From: Nitrosopumilus sp.
GTDB taxonomy: Archaea > Thermoproteota > Nitrososphaeria > Nitrososphaerales > Nitrosopumilaceae
Assembly (NCBI GenBank): GCA_965203315.1
Contig: OZ241857.1
Span: forward strand, 1,664,001 to 1,728,000
Reading direction: 5' to 3'
Length of the DNA stretch: 64,000 bases
The notes under the pieces: model-generated
What the model was told of the DNA's origin: nothing
Seen by the model: the letters and a program-made list of their open reading frames with translations, nothing else
Database searches by the model: none
Shown here: in pieces, positions 20,437 through 30,700 of the stretch
How the letters are laid out: each line of letters starts with the position of its first letter
How positions within the stretch are numbered: the first letter of the stretch is position 1
Position numbers and translations under genes: made by a program

Positions 20437-21885
20437 ATGTCTAACATGACTCCAGTCAAGATAGATGCCAATCAGTACGAGATCCAAGCCGACTCTAATC
20501 TAGGTATGAAGGTACCGGTAAGAATCTATGCTGATGATCTTTTATTACAAAAGATGCTATCTGATCGAACTATACTCCAAGCACGTAACGTAGCATCGAT
20601 TCCAGGAATTTTGGGTCATAGCGTTGTTCTGCCTGACGGACACGAAGGATACGGCTTTCCAGTAGGCGGTGTTGCGGCAATGGATGCAGAGGAGGGAATG
20701 ATCAGTCCAGGTGGTGTAGGTTATGATATCAACTGTGGTGTACGATTGATCACATCCACGCTAGACGAGAATACCGTCCGCCCAAAACTTGGAGATCTGG
20801 TGAGTGATCTATTCAAGTCTATTCCTTCTGGTGTAGGCTCCAAGGGTGCTGTAAAACTCGGGAATGCTGATCTAGACGAGGTTCTTGTTCGTGGCGTCAA
20901 TTGGGCTGTAGATCATGGTTTTGGTACATCTGATGATACAGATGTATGTGAAGAGAGTGGTCAGATGGATGGAGCAGATCCAGACAAGATATCTGAAAGG
21001 GCACGAAAGAGAGGACTGCCACAACTTGGAAGTCTCGGCTCAGGTAATCACTTTTTAGAGGTTCAAAAGGTCGCAGAAATTCACGATAGAGAAGCTGCAT
21101 CTAGGATGGGACTCAAAGAAGGCTCAATAACGATTCTTATCCATTGTGGCTCTCGTGGGTTTGGCCATCAAGTGTGTAGCGACTATCTACGTGTATCTGA
21201 GCAGTCTATGAAAAAGTATGGTATACATCTCGCTGACCGTGAACTCGCATGTGTTCCAAACACATCAGAAGAAGGTCACTCTTATCGAAAGGCAATGTTT
21301 GCTGCATTAAACTTTGCATGGTGTAATAGACAAATGTTGACACATTGGACTAGAAGATCATTTGAGCGAGTCTTTGGTCAAACCGAGTCAGATCTAGAGA
21401 TGAATCTCGTATATGATGTAGCACACAATATTGCAAAGATCGAGAGACACAAAGTTGATGGTAACGAACGTGACGTAGTTGTCCATCGCAAAGGCGCAAC
21501 TAGAGCATTTCCTGCCAATCGAGACGAGGTTCCTAGCAGATATCGTAGTCTTGGTCAACCTGTGTTGATTCCAGGTTCTATGGGTACATCTAGCTGGATA
21601 CTCTTGGGTCAACCGGGTTCTATGGAACTGAGCTTTGGTTCTACTGCACACGGGGCAGGTAGGACGATGTCTAGGTCCAAAGCGCGGAGAAACTATAACG
21701 AAGACAGTGTTCGTAAATCACTAAATGAGAAGGGGATCTTTATCAAGGCATTAACTAGAGACGGAATAGTGGAAGAGACACCACAAGCATACAAGGATGT
21801 CGATGCAGTAGTTAATGTCTCTCACAATCTCGGCATTGCGACCAAAGTCGCAAAACTAGTACCTATAGGTGTGATAAAGGGTTGA
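20437..21885 (+). CDS. rtcB: RNA-splicing ligase RtcB
   Basis: PDGHEGYGFPVG, GYDINCG, GSLGSGNHFLE, HRKGAT and HGAGR motifs. Confidence 0.97.
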   Translation: MSNMTPVKIDANQYEIQADSNLGMKVPVRIYADDLLLQKMLSDRTILQARNVASIPGILGHSVVLPDGHEGYGFPVGGVAAMDAEEGMISPGGVGYDINCGVRLITSTLDENTVRPKLGDLVSDLFKSIPSGVGSKGAVKLGNADLDEVLVRGVNWAVDHGFGTSDDTDVCEESGQMDGADPDKISERARKRGLPQLGSLGSGNHFLEVQKVAEIHDREAASRMGLKEGSITILIHCGSRGFGHQVCSDYLRVSEQSMKKYGIHLADRELACVPNTSEEGHSYRKAMFAALNFAWCNRQMLTHWTRRSFERVFGQTESDLEMNLVYDVAHNIAKIERHKVDGNERDVVVHRKGATRAFPANRDEVPSRYRSLGQPVLIPGSMGTSSWILLGQPGSMELSFGSTAHGAGRTMSRSKARRNYNEDSVRKSLNEKGIFIKALTRDGIVEETPQAYKDVDAVVNVSHNLGIATKVAKLVPIGVIKG

Positions 21886-22289
21886 GCGAAGACTTTGAAC
21901 TAGAACGATTAAAGGCCAAGAGGCTGGCAGAGATGAAGAAGAATATTGCGTCTCAAGATACTAATCCAAGCGTCACTGAACCAAAACCAAAGACTCTCAC
22001 ACCACGTGAGATACTTGTATCGCGACTTGGCTTTAGAGGTCTTGAAGTATTAGAGAATGCCGAGTCACAGTTTCCTAGGGAGACTGGTATTGTTGTGTCA
22101 CAACTAGCACACCTCCTCAAGTCTGGTGAGATCAATGAATCTATTGATGGTGGACAACTACTAGCATTGTTTCGCACAATCGGACTTGGAGTACGAGTTG
22201 CAACAAAGATCAACGTAGAACAAGATGGCAAATTTGTATCACTAGGTGACAAACTGAGAAACAAATCTAGTACCGGTGACGACGAGTGA
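21882..22289 (+). CDS. PDCD5-like double-stranded DNA-binding protein
   Basis: ELERLKAKRLAEM N-terminus and G.I...ID...LL.LF pattern. Confidence 0.7.
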   Translation: MSEDFELERLKAKRLAEMKKNIASQDTNPSVTEPKPKTLTPREILVSRLGFRGLEVLENAESQFPRETGIVVSQLAHLLKSGEINESIDGGQLLALFRTIGLGVRVATKINVEQDGKFVSLGDKLRNKSSTGDDE

Positions 22290-22591
22290 TAGTTCAAGTT
22301 CGTACTAGGAGATATGACGATGATCTATTGTCCATGAAAAAGTCACTCTCTCATATGGAGACACTTTTAGGAGTATACAATGGATGCAAATTTAGCGAAC
22401 CGTCATCAAAGTTTGGTTGGACATTCTTCAAGATCAACTTTTCATCAAATCTACAATCTGCTATCGAGATCAAGTTTGCCGACATGTTGTCAAAATATAG
22501 GTGGAGTAATCAGACTCAAAAGTTTGTAAAGTTTATGAATGATTATTTTAACGCACGTGGTTCTGATGTGACTCTGTCTGTATCTGACTAG
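22286..22591 (+). CDS. Hypothetical protein
   Basis: 101-aa ORF translationally coupled (GTGA) to the previous gene. Confidence 0.65.
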   Translation: MIVQVRTRRYDDDLLSMKKSLSHMETLLGVYNGCKFSEPSSKFGWTFFKINFSSNLQSAIEIKFADMLSKYRWSNQTQKFVKFMNDYFNARGSDVTLSVSD

Positions 22592-23229
22592 ACCCTTCTT
22601 CCTCGTTTGCCACCCTTCTTTCTAGTTGTATCGTGAGGAATTGGTGTAACATCATCGATTCTCCCAATCTTGAATCCTCCTCTGGCAAGAGCTCGAATTG
22701 CCGCCTGTGCTCCTGGACCTGGAACTCTAGATCCTACTCCACCCACAGCTCTAACTCTGATATGAAATCCAACAAAGCCTTTTGTTCTAGCAGATTCGAT
22801 AACTTTGTTTGCTGCTTTCATTGCAGCAAAAGGTGACGATTCATATCTATCTGCTGTAACGTGGTTTCCTCCAGAACTTATTGAGACAGTCTCGCCTCCG
22901 GTTAGATCAGTCATGTGTATTATCGTATTGTTATAACTACTAAAGATGTGCGCTATTCCCCACTTTTCTTGAGTCTCTTTTTTAGGCTCTTCCTTCTCTT
23001 CTGGTTTAGCCTCAGCCTTTGGTTCTACAGGTACCTCTCTAGTAACTGACGCATCACTCTCTATAGACACATTCTCTTCTGGTTTAGCCTCAACCTTTGG
23101 TTCTACAGGTACCTCTCTAGTAACTGACGCATCACCCTCTATAGACACACTCTCTTCTGGTTTAGCCTCAACCTTTGGTTCTACAGGTACTGTAACAACC
23201 TCTGATACTACATTGTCTGTATCTGACAC
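22588..23229 (-). CDS. rps11: 30S ribosomal protein S11 with acidic repeat-containing N-terminal extension
   Basis: [25 protein letters not shown] and [22 protein letters not shown] at 23229 is the likely start. Confidence 0.95.
   Translation of the reverse strand: MSDTDNVVSEVVTVPVEPKVEAKPEESVSIEGDASVTREVPVEPKVEAKPEENVSIESDASVTREVPVEPKAEAKPEEKEEPKKETQEKWGIAHIFSSYNNTIIHMTDLTGGETVSISSGGNHVTADRYESSPFAAMKAANKVIESARTKGFVGFHIRVRAVGGVGSRVPGPGAQAAIRALARGGFKIGRIDDVTPIPHDTTRKKGGKRGRRV
22996..23190. repeat. 78-bp coding tandem repeat, ~2.5 copies, in rps11
   Basis: Encodes [12 protein letters not shown](S/N)VSIE(G/S)DASVTREV. Confidence 0.9.
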
Positions 23230-23394
23230 GATTATACCACTCTCTATGGGTTTAAAATACATTGTTTGATTCACGTGTAATCCATGCTTGTGGTACATAT
23301 CGGTATCAAGACAGACATGGATATCATTATGAAAAGTCATTCCAACCCATATCGTGTCTTGAGATCAGACGTACTAGTGATGTTTAGATCCCAG

Positions 23395-24324
23395 CTATCT
23401 AAAATGTCTCCAACCTGTATCGTGAATTGGTGTACCATCTTCAAGTATTACACCATCACCAGAATCGACATACCCGATCTCGATGATTGGAGTCTCGAGT
23501 GCTCTTGCACTGTTTATTATCTCTGTTCTGAATTTTAATGGCACCGTAAACACAAACTCGTACTCTTCACCTCCACCAAATACGGCGTCCATGTATCTAT
23601 CTCCTAGATGTGCTCGCATCTTTCTACCACTCGGTATCTTTGTTATGACAAACTGCTTTCCGCTCTGACGTGCCATCTCGTTTAGTGTGGTGGATAGACC
23701 GTCGCTAGAGTCCATCGATGATGTAAAATATCGGCCATTTGTTAACCCAAACTTTAATCTCGGTTTAGGTCTTGTAAAGGATTTAACAGCTCTCTCTATT
23801 CTCTCGGCTCTCTTTAACATTATGTCTAATCCTAAAGCTGTATAACCAAACGGTCCTGTCACATAAATTAGATCATCTTTTTTAGAACCGTTTCTGGGTA
23901 CAATCTCTGTAGCAATCCCAAACATGCATACAGTTAAGACAATCTCTCTTCCTTGGTTTGTGTCTCCTCCCACTATCTCTACTTTGAACTCTTTGACAGC
24001 TGCACGAAATCCTCGTGCAAGCTGCACAATCTGTTCTCGCGAGATACTCTTTGGCAAGCTTGTTGATATTATGCAGTATCTTGGTCTAACACCTTTTGCT
24101 GCAAAATCACTTATGCACGCTACAACACTCTTTCTTGCTGCATCATCTAATCTCATCGAGTCAGGAATATCTGTACTCTGAACCATGGTATCTGTCTTGA
24201 CAATCATCTTGCCATGCATCTTGCTACCAAAATTCAATACCTCCACATCTTCTGCTACAAACTCTCGTTTTGACAATCGGTCTTGAAAGGTAGTGATTAT
24301 CTCACTCTCTTCCAACTTTGGCAC
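23395..24324 (-). CDS. thiL: Thiamine-phosphate kinase
   Basis: SDFAAKG, IVGGDT, MDSSDGL, GGEEYE and GWRHF motifs. Confidence 0.93.
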   Translation of the reverse strand: MPKLEESEIITTFQDRLSKREFVAEDVEVLNFGSKMHGKMIVKTDTMVQSTDIPDSMRLDDAARKSVVACISDFAAKGVRPRYCIISTSLPKSISREQIVQLARGFRAAVKEFKVEIVGGDTNQGREIVLTVCMFGIATEIVPRNGSKKDDLIYVTGPFGYTALGLDIMLKRAERIERAVKSFTRPKPRLKFGLTNGRYFTSSMDSSDGLSTTLNEMARQSGKQFVITKIPSGRKMRAHLGDRYMDAVFGGGEEYEFVFTVPLKFRTEIINSARALETPIIEIGYVDSGDGVILEDGTPIHDTGWRHFR

Positions 24325-25591
24325 AACTCTCCTCGGTCATCGTGACCACGCTATTGACTATATCTTGACACTTTGTCGTATCGCAAGACTCGGCAGATAC
24401 TCTAATGATGTCTTCTGTATTTGATTTTCGTACCAATACCCAACTATCTTCGTCAATTATGCCCTTTAACCCATCAAGCGTATCTACTGTACTGTACATG
24501 TGCTCAAACCTATCTTGTATGTCCTCGATGACTTTATCATGTATGTTAGAATCTACTGGAATCTTTGTTCTGATCTGATGGTATCTATTCATGTATTCTA
24601 TGATATCGTTAAGCTTGTTGCTAGACATAGACGAGATCAATCCTGCTGTCAACATGCCGTCTCTACAATAGTTGAATCTCGGTAGAATAAAGCCACCACT
24701 ACTACCTTCTCCGCCAGCATCCGCGTCTATCTTTAATGAAAGATCGATTACGTTTGCTTCGCCAACCTTGGATCGATGTACGGTTCCACCATGTTCGTTT
24801 ATCATATGTTCTATTGCAATACTGGTATCGATACTTAGGACAAATTTTTTATGCCCTGTATCGAGAGCCTTTGCTACTCCTAACCCAAGTGTTACGTCAG
24901 GAGATTGTTTTATGCCCTTGTTTACAACAACTAGTCTATCTGCATCTAGATCAAATGCAAAACCAATACTCTCTTTTGCGATATCTGTCAATAACTGTAA
25001 CGAATCATTTGTAGGATCTGGTCCTCTGGATCCACTCTCTTTGTTTATTACTTTCACATTGCAACCCAACTCTAACAACAACACATCCGCAAATCCATTT
25101 GCAGCTCCTCCACCAACATCTACTACAACACTAGGTTTGTTCTCAACAGTACCTATGGTATCTATTGCATCTGATATGTACGATGATCTTGTATCTTGAT
25201 GTATTCCAATCTTGTTTGATCTTGTATCTTGATGCTGAATAATCTTTTGCAACTCGTTCTCATTTATTCCTCTGCCATTAACAATAAACTTGATTCCATT
25301 CCATTCTAAAGGGTTGTGCGATGCTGTAATTACAACTCCTGTTCCGTACCTTCTGGCTTCTCTAAATACAACTGGAGTTGGAACGACTCCTAGGCTATAC
25401 ACATCCGTACCATTCTTTAACAACGTCGCAATTGCGGTATTGTATATCATCTCTCCACTCGGGCGAGTATCTCTGCCTATTACACACTTTGATCCTGACA
25501 GTGTCCCAAAATTATTACAAAACTCTATCGTGTCTAGTAGCCCAAGATCATCTCCAAACACACCTCTTATTCCAGAAATCGTCTTCTTCAA
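24302..25591 (-). CDS. Phosphohexomutase (phosphomannomutase/phosphoglucosamine mutase family)
   Basis: ITASHNP phosphoserine loop; DLDADR, GEGSSG and RKSNTE motifs. Confidence 0.92.
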   Translation of the reverse strand: MKKTISGIRGVFGDDLGLLDTIEFCNNFGTLSGSKCVIGRDTRPSGEMIYNTAIATLLKNGTDVYSLGVVPTPVVFREARRYGTGVVITASHNPLEWNGIKFIVNGRGINENELQKIIQHQDTRSNKIGIHQDTRSSYISDAIDTIGTVENKPSVVVDVGGGAANGFADVLLLELGCNVKVINKESGSRGPDPTNDSLQLLTDIAKESIGFAFDLDADRLVVVNKGIKQSPDVTLGLGVAKALDTGHKKFVLSIDTSIAIEHMINEHGGTVHRSKVGEANVIDLSLKIDADAGGEGSSGGFILPRFNYCRDGMLTAGLISSMSSNKLNDIIEYMNRYHQIRTKIPVDSNIHDKVIEDIQDRFEHMYSTVDTLDGLKGIIDEDSWVLVRKSNTEDIIRVSAESCDTTKCQDIVNSVVTMTEESCAKVGRE

Positions 25592-25645
25592 TCAAAACAT
25601 TCTCCATGATGCTTTTTATTAACTCTGATGTATTTACCAAGATGT

Positions 25646-25719
25646 GCCTTGGTAGCTCAGTCTGGCAGAGCAAACGCTTCGTAAGCGTTAGGTCGCGGGT
25701 TCAAATCCCGTTCAAGGCT
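25646..25719 (+). tRNA. tRNA-Thr(CGT)
   Basis: GCCTTGG/TCAAGGC acceptor, AACGC-TTCGTAA-GCGTT anticodon arm, GGTTCAAATCC T-loop, U73. Confidence 0.96.
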
Positions 25720-25756
25720 CATAATACACAGACTAGAAATTAGATGATGCTTTATA

Positions 25757-26311
25757 GTGATCATGGATATGCTCAGTCGTGCAGAACTATTAGCTAAAAC
25801 ACGACATGCTGGCACGCTCAAAAGAGACGGCACAACCCCCTTTACTAGGCATCTTGAAGACGTTGTGAGCCATCTCAAAGGATTAGGTATAACAGATGAC
25901 GATCTATTGTGTGCGGGGTGGCTACATGACATTCTCGAGTATACTGATACTAGTTTCGATGACATATATGATCAATTTGGAAGTCAAGTGGCCGTAATCG
26001 TATCAACCTTGTCTAAAGACATGTCTCTTCCACGAAAGAGGCGTGAACAGGCGTATCTTGCACAACTACGTGACTCGTCATATGGTGCTAAACTTGTCAA
26101 ACTATGTGACATATCTGCAAACCTTGGCGACTTGAAAGGCTGGAATGTAAGCAGATCAAAGAAGATCAGACAAATGCGTCAAAAGAGACGGTATGCTAGT
26201 ATTATCCGAGACGAACTGATTACAAACAAGAGATATCCGAGAACGATAACTCTACTTGAGAGTATCGACCAAACTCTTAGACAATTTGGACAGAGAACCA
26301 TCCTTGTTTGA
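25757..26311 (+). CDS. HD-domain hydrolase (SpoT/Mesh1-like)
   Basis: H.G..KRDG.TPF..H, WLHDILE.T and VKLCD motifs. Confidence 0.88.
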   Translation: MIMDMLSRAELLAKTRHAGTLKRDGTTPFTRHLEDVVSHLKGLGITDDDLLCAGWLHDILEYTDTSFDDIYDQFGSQVAVIVSTLSKDMSLPRKRREQAYLAQLRDSSYGAKLVKLCDISANLGDLKGWNVSRSKKIRQMRQKRRYASIIRDELITNKRYPRTITLLESIDQTLRQFGQRTILV

Positions 26312-26331
26312 TTTACTATTGGTATAGTTTC

Positions 26332-26620
26332 TATTCATCAAATGGCTTGATATCTGACTTTCTTCCATACTCCTCAAAACTCTCGATATCCAACTCTAGT
26401 TCTTTGCCTAAACCTTTCCACCACTCATTGCCTTCTTTAATCATACTCCAATTGAGTTTCATAAAATACTCCTTTATAGATCTATCGTTTAGACATTTTT
26501 TGACTAAAAAATTAAGATTTTGACTCTTTCTGTTTTGTCTTTCGGTATATGATTATCATCAGAGCTCCTCCGGCACATATCCAAAAGACTGTAGATAATC
26601 CATGATCAACTGCGGGCCGC
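26332..26620 (-). pseudogene. Degraded ORF remnant
   Basis: Protein-like reading (...LVKKCLNDRSIKEYFMKLNW...EWWKGLG...) broken upstream by a frameshift and stops; boundaries approximate. Confidence 0.35.
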
Positions 26621-26736
26621 AAGACTCCTAGATATGCCAGCGTCATTATCACAACAAGAGATATTCCGACTAGCTCTAACTTTTTTACCATTGACTACGA
26701 ATAAAATCAAAAAGATATATGGTTTTGTAACTAGGG

Positions 26737-26955
26737 TTGGTTGATATGGACAAATATCTCAGCGTGATCCTCGTATTCATGATTATTGGCATTCCTATAT
26801 CCTTTCTTGAGCCCACTACAGGTCAGCTGCGTGATCCGCCATTTTATGCATTATTTTATGCGTCAATTGGTGGTATGTGTGTGATTATAGTATACACTTC
26901 GTATAAGAATAGACAGGAACAAAGAAAGAGTAATGCTAGACGTCGCTCAAAGTAG
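26737..26955 (+). CDS. Small two-TM membrane protein
   Basis: Two hydrophobic segments and a basic tail. Confidence 0.7.
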   Translation: MVDMDKYLSVILVFMIIGIPISFLEPTTGQLRDPPFYALFYASIGGMCVIIVYTSYKNRQEQRKSNARRRSK

Positions 26956-26956
26956 A

Positions 26957-27241
26957 TTATAATTCCAAACCAAATGATTCTGCAATACTAGCAAATTTTG
27001 CATAAGATTCTAGATACTGTTTCCCTTTTGGTGTTATGACGAAGACATGTTTGCCATCAAACTCGATCTTGTTTATGAGACCTGCACCAGTAAGATTTGT
27101 TATGAACTTTGATAGTCTTGCGTGTGGAATATTGGCTTGTGCAAGTAATGATGTAGTCTTGATGCCTCTTTGGCCAGAGTCCTTGGTAACAGTCAACAGA
27201 TCTGCCATTATATGCATACTAGATCTATATTGCATTGTCAT
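26957..27241 (-). CDS. Winged-helix DNA-binding protein
   Basis: YRS...I.ADLL...ANI...L...L...GLI.....F.IT.KG..YL pattern; similar to 35388..35675. Confidence 0.85.
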   Translation of the reverse strand: MTMQYRSSMHIMADLLTVTKDSGQRGIKTTSLLAQANIPHARLSKFITNLTGAGLINKIEFDGKHVFVITPKGKQYLESYAKFASIAESFGLEL

Positions 27242-27503
27242 TGTATGCTGATTCGTAATTCTAAATATAATGGTTTGTTAGTTGCTGTGTTTAGCGAATG
27301 TGATCTCTCAATGACAAGATCAAGTTGAATTTCGTATTCTTAGTATGATCTCAACCGTTCTCTTTTACCACAAGATTCTCGATTAGGGTTTACTATTTCT
27401 GATGTACATTTGTTAATTTTACCGATATGTACAACTCTTACATAACGTGCAATATGTAACAAACGTGTTATCTAATCCTGTTGACGAAATAGATGGAGTC
27501 GAT

Positions 27504-27620
27504 AAATCTTTTCGATTTACGTGGGATATATTTTCACAAGGCTTTTTCCATAGTTTTCCATCACAGAATCTTGTAGTGTTTTCATGTAACAATCCTATCC
27601 AACGTAAACAGCAAAGATCC
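27504..27620 (-). mobile_element. MITE copy, left boundary of TA cassette
   Basis: Reverse complement GGATCTTTGCTG...CACGTAAATCGAAAAGATTT aligns with 36737..36851. Confidence 0.85.
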
Positions 27621-27674
27621 AAGAATAGCATCTAGCCAAAAGAGCTACTTTTTGTACAAAAAGTGTTATGTGAG

Positions 27675-28175
27675 TTATCTACGAGTATATTTAAAATCTT
27701 TAGGCATTCGGAATTCAGAGTTGTATAATTGGGTTAGAATCTCATCAACCTCATCAAAGCTTTTAATTCCTTTATCTTCCAACATTAAGATCAATCCGAT
27801 TAATCCTATGTGTTTTAGTTTTGAGTTTGATGCTAGCTTTCGTGCATCGGCATCATCTAATACACAGTAGACATTATTTTTGTATCATCCTAGTTTTAAA
27901 CAGGTCAAGATTACATCTATCTCACCCTCTTTTAATTTAGATGTGGTTAATTTGAAATTCATAATCTCTACAAATGAATTTCTTTCTGAATATGTGAGTT
28001 TACCTTCTTTGATTAGTTTTTGTACATCTATATTTGATGGCTTGGCTTCCACCTCTTTTTGAACATATTTTGGTACCACTAATTCATGTCCTAATTTTAA
28101 AATATCATCAAAGACATCTGGTCTATTGATAAGATCAAATATTCCAATCAATACAGACGCGTCTAATATCTTCAT
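27675..28175 (-). pseudogene. PIN-domain (DUF3368-like) toxin with internal in-frame TGA
   Basis: ILDASVLI and L..GE.DVI, then TGA at 27885-27887, then in-frame YCVLDDADARKLA..IGLIGLIL to TAA at 27675. Confidence 0.85.
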
Positions 28176-28786
28176 AACTCTAGTTTTAACAATCCTCTGT
28201 CGAGCATCTTACGTTGCATGTCATATACTGTTTCACCCAATAGATCCCCTCCTCGTCCACCACTAAGATTTTCTTTTGCAATCATTGAAAATATGTGTTC
28301 TTCAATATCTGGTTTGAGTTTTTCATATGTTTTAGAGCCTTTGGCCATATCTGGATACTCGCAGTACATGTATGATAACATCTCTGGAATAGTTACGTCA
28401 TTTAGAGTATCTTTATAGTTGTGAAATACCCATGACATCTTTGGTTCAAGTAGGTCTGGAACTTCTGGAAATCCGCCCTTCTCTTCTCCAATGATTCTGG
28501 CGTACTCTATGCTATGTTTGGCTAATTGAATGGTATCGTCTTTTTCTACCAGTATATTCATGTGTACTAGACGCTTCAAAGTATCGTCTAAAACTACACT
28601 GTATGGGCCATCATCCTTTATTGTAAAATTACACCACTCTCTGATCTCTGGATATGGAGCACCTAACATGTACATCAAGACTTGGAGTTTCTGTCTGCCG
28701 TATATTGGCTCATCATCTACATATACTAGCAAAAGTATGTACTTTTCGAGTTCGCTGATCTCTAGAGTTGCAGTGTCTATTGCCAT
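28172..28786 (-). CDS. Putative antitoxin (N-terminal wHTH, C-terminal UPF0175-like HTH)
   Basis: GRQKLQVLMY..GPYS wHTH pattern and C-terminal LSGGRGGDLLG; stop overlaps the PIN start (ATGA-type coupling). Confidence 0.7.
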   Translation of the reverse strand: MAIDTATLEISELEKYILLLVYVDDEPIYGRQKLQVLMYMLGAPYPEIREWCNFTIKDDGPYSVVLDDTLKRLVHMNILVEKDDTIQLAKHSIEYARIIGEEKGGFPEVPDLLEPKMSWVFHNYKDTLNDVTIPEMLSYMYCEYPDMAKGSKTYEKLKPDIEEHIFSMIAKENLSGGRGGDLLGETVYDMQRKMLDRGLLKLEL

Positions 28787-28844
28787 ACTTTTTTATCCCT
28801 CTAACGACATAAAAACATTCTGGCATTGTACCGTCATGGTACCA

Positions 28845-28961
28845 GGGATTATTCGGTTTACGTGGGACAGAATTTTTTACAGAAAAATTACTATGTGATC
28901 CTATAGTGAAAATTTAAAGACAGTCCTGTAAAATGTCATCCAACATAAACCAAAGAGATCA
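28845..28961 (+). mobile_element. MITE copy (degenerate), right boundary of TA cassette
   Basis: GGGATTATTCGGTTTACGTGGGA...AAATGTCATCCAACATAAACCAAAGAGATCA aligns with 36737..36851. Confidence 0.8.
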
Positions 28962-29609
28962 CAGTCGATAAGTCCTACCAGTTGTTTCAGAAAATTTACC
29001 AATGTTTGAGATTTATTATGGTGTGTGATAACAGCGAGATATCTACAGGACAATAAAAGTTAGATTATTTTGGATAGTTGCTTTTGATACGAAACAACTA
29101 ACTGCAACTAGTCTGAAATTATGTTGGTAGATATGCATGACGATTACGTAAAGTTCGTTTTTTTGCAAGTGCCAACATGTTTTGAAGACAAGTTTGTAAT
29201 ATTCTCTACTGAATGATCTTTGGATAGTAGTTTCAAAATATTATGATATGTTTCTTCAGTCTTATCTTATGTATTATTGTATTGTTATAAAATCAAAGCG
29301 TTAGATACATCTGTATCATGATCTGTAATATAGAATCTGATTGATCTCAAAGTTGTACTAGTGAACAAATAAAACATCCACCAAAACATTCTCGTAAGAC
29401 TTTTTTATTCTTTAAAACAACATTACTAAATATGATGAACCGTGTTATATTGATCACATGTCTAGTAAACAAGACGCTAATTGTGCTTGATACTGGTAGT
29501 GAGACACATAATCGCTCACTGCACATTGTACTAGTTCTCGACTTTTTTGATACGTCAAACGAATTCGATCTACTATTCAGATAAATAACATAAAGATTAC
29601 ACACGTGTA

Positions 29610-30185
29610 ATGTCGTCTATTCCATGGTATACTGACTTTATCGGTATTGCCTATAGGTACTTTGATCTACGAATGAATATCATACCTCTCTTCACGAGTC
29701 AAACACAGTCTCTGCCATTATGGCAAGACGTAATTCATTGGTGGGTCAATCCCTCCATCAAAGTTAGATTTGTGGAGACTGGTGATGACTATTGGTTCAT
29801 TTTAGGCGCTGACTCTCAAATACCGGATAGAAATTTGGCCTTTTACAAAGTTCTACCCAAATCCGTTCATTATGAGCGCTTCAAGAAGGGACATGGCGGT
29901 GAAGCATATCTACGCTTTGGTGTATATTCAAAGATCCATCTTGTAGATGCAAAAAAGGGAATGCTTTGTGAATGTGGGCATGAGGCAGTAGATCATGATG
30001 AGGGCGATGGTGATGTGTGTCTGTATAATACATGCGACTGTAAAAGATTTGAGACGTTTCAGGTAAATATGCTCAAACGGAAGAAGACTATAACTAACAT
30101 CATGTTTCTTGATGAAGAACAAGTCAAAGACGATGCTCTTGCATGGAACTGTCTGTATCGACACAAGTATTTGAATCGTTCTTGA
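29610..30185 (+). CDS. Hypothetical protein with small Cys/His metal-binding motif
   Basis: CECGH...H......C....C.C motif; 191 aa. Confidence 0.75.
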   Translation: MSSIPWYTDFIGIAYRYFDLRMNIIPLFTSQTQSLPLWQDVIHWWVNPSIKVRFVETGDDYWFILGADSQIPDRNLAFYKVLPKSVHYERFKKGHGGEAYLRFGVYSKIHLVDAKKGMLCECGHEAVDHDEGDGDVCLYNTCDCKRFETFQVNMLKRKKTITNIMFLDEEQVKDDALAWNCLYRHKYLNRS

Positions 30186-30273
30186 AATACTGTATATGTG
30201 ACTCTTGTGTCATGTTTGAAAGACTATACTAACAAGGTTTCTAAAGTTCAAAACCAGTCGCACATGACATTCT

Positions 30274-30435
30274 CTAATCTTTGTTGACTCGCACATGTTC
30301 ACCAGGATAGTATTCTTTGATCTTTTTAGAGTAACAGATGCCGCAAAGTAGTCCTTTGATCTCCCACTTCATCATAGGTTTGTATTGCAGTTCTATCTTT
30401 GAACCACATATTGTACATTGATCTTTTGAATCCAA
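30274..30435 (-). CDS. Small zinc-ribbon protein
   Basis: CTIC..LCGICY; TTG at 30435 is the likely start (ORF track 30546). Confidence 0.65.
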   Translation of the reverse strand: MDSKDQCTICGSKIELQYKPMMKWEIKGLLCGICYSKKIKEYYPGEHVRVNKD

Positions 30436-30700
30436 GTGATCGTAATTTGAATCATCAATATAAAAAAGATTCTCGATGCTCTGTGGACTCCTAGTACGAG
30501 GGAAAGCAACTATAATAAAAAATCTAGAATATTCGCTCTGGATCAAATATGGATAATCTAGAATATTTGAAGAGGGTTTAGATATGCGCGGGCTAGTGGT
30601 TCAACTATCAAACATGTTTGGGATACTTGAGATAGAGTTCATGTGTTCCTAGACACACAATCGTCAAAATTATACATACCTTTTACATAATACTTGTTAC

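Noticed and set aside
27419-27635. Short ORFs 27419..27631 and 27447..27635
   Set aside because: They overlap the MITE copy and are not protein-like.
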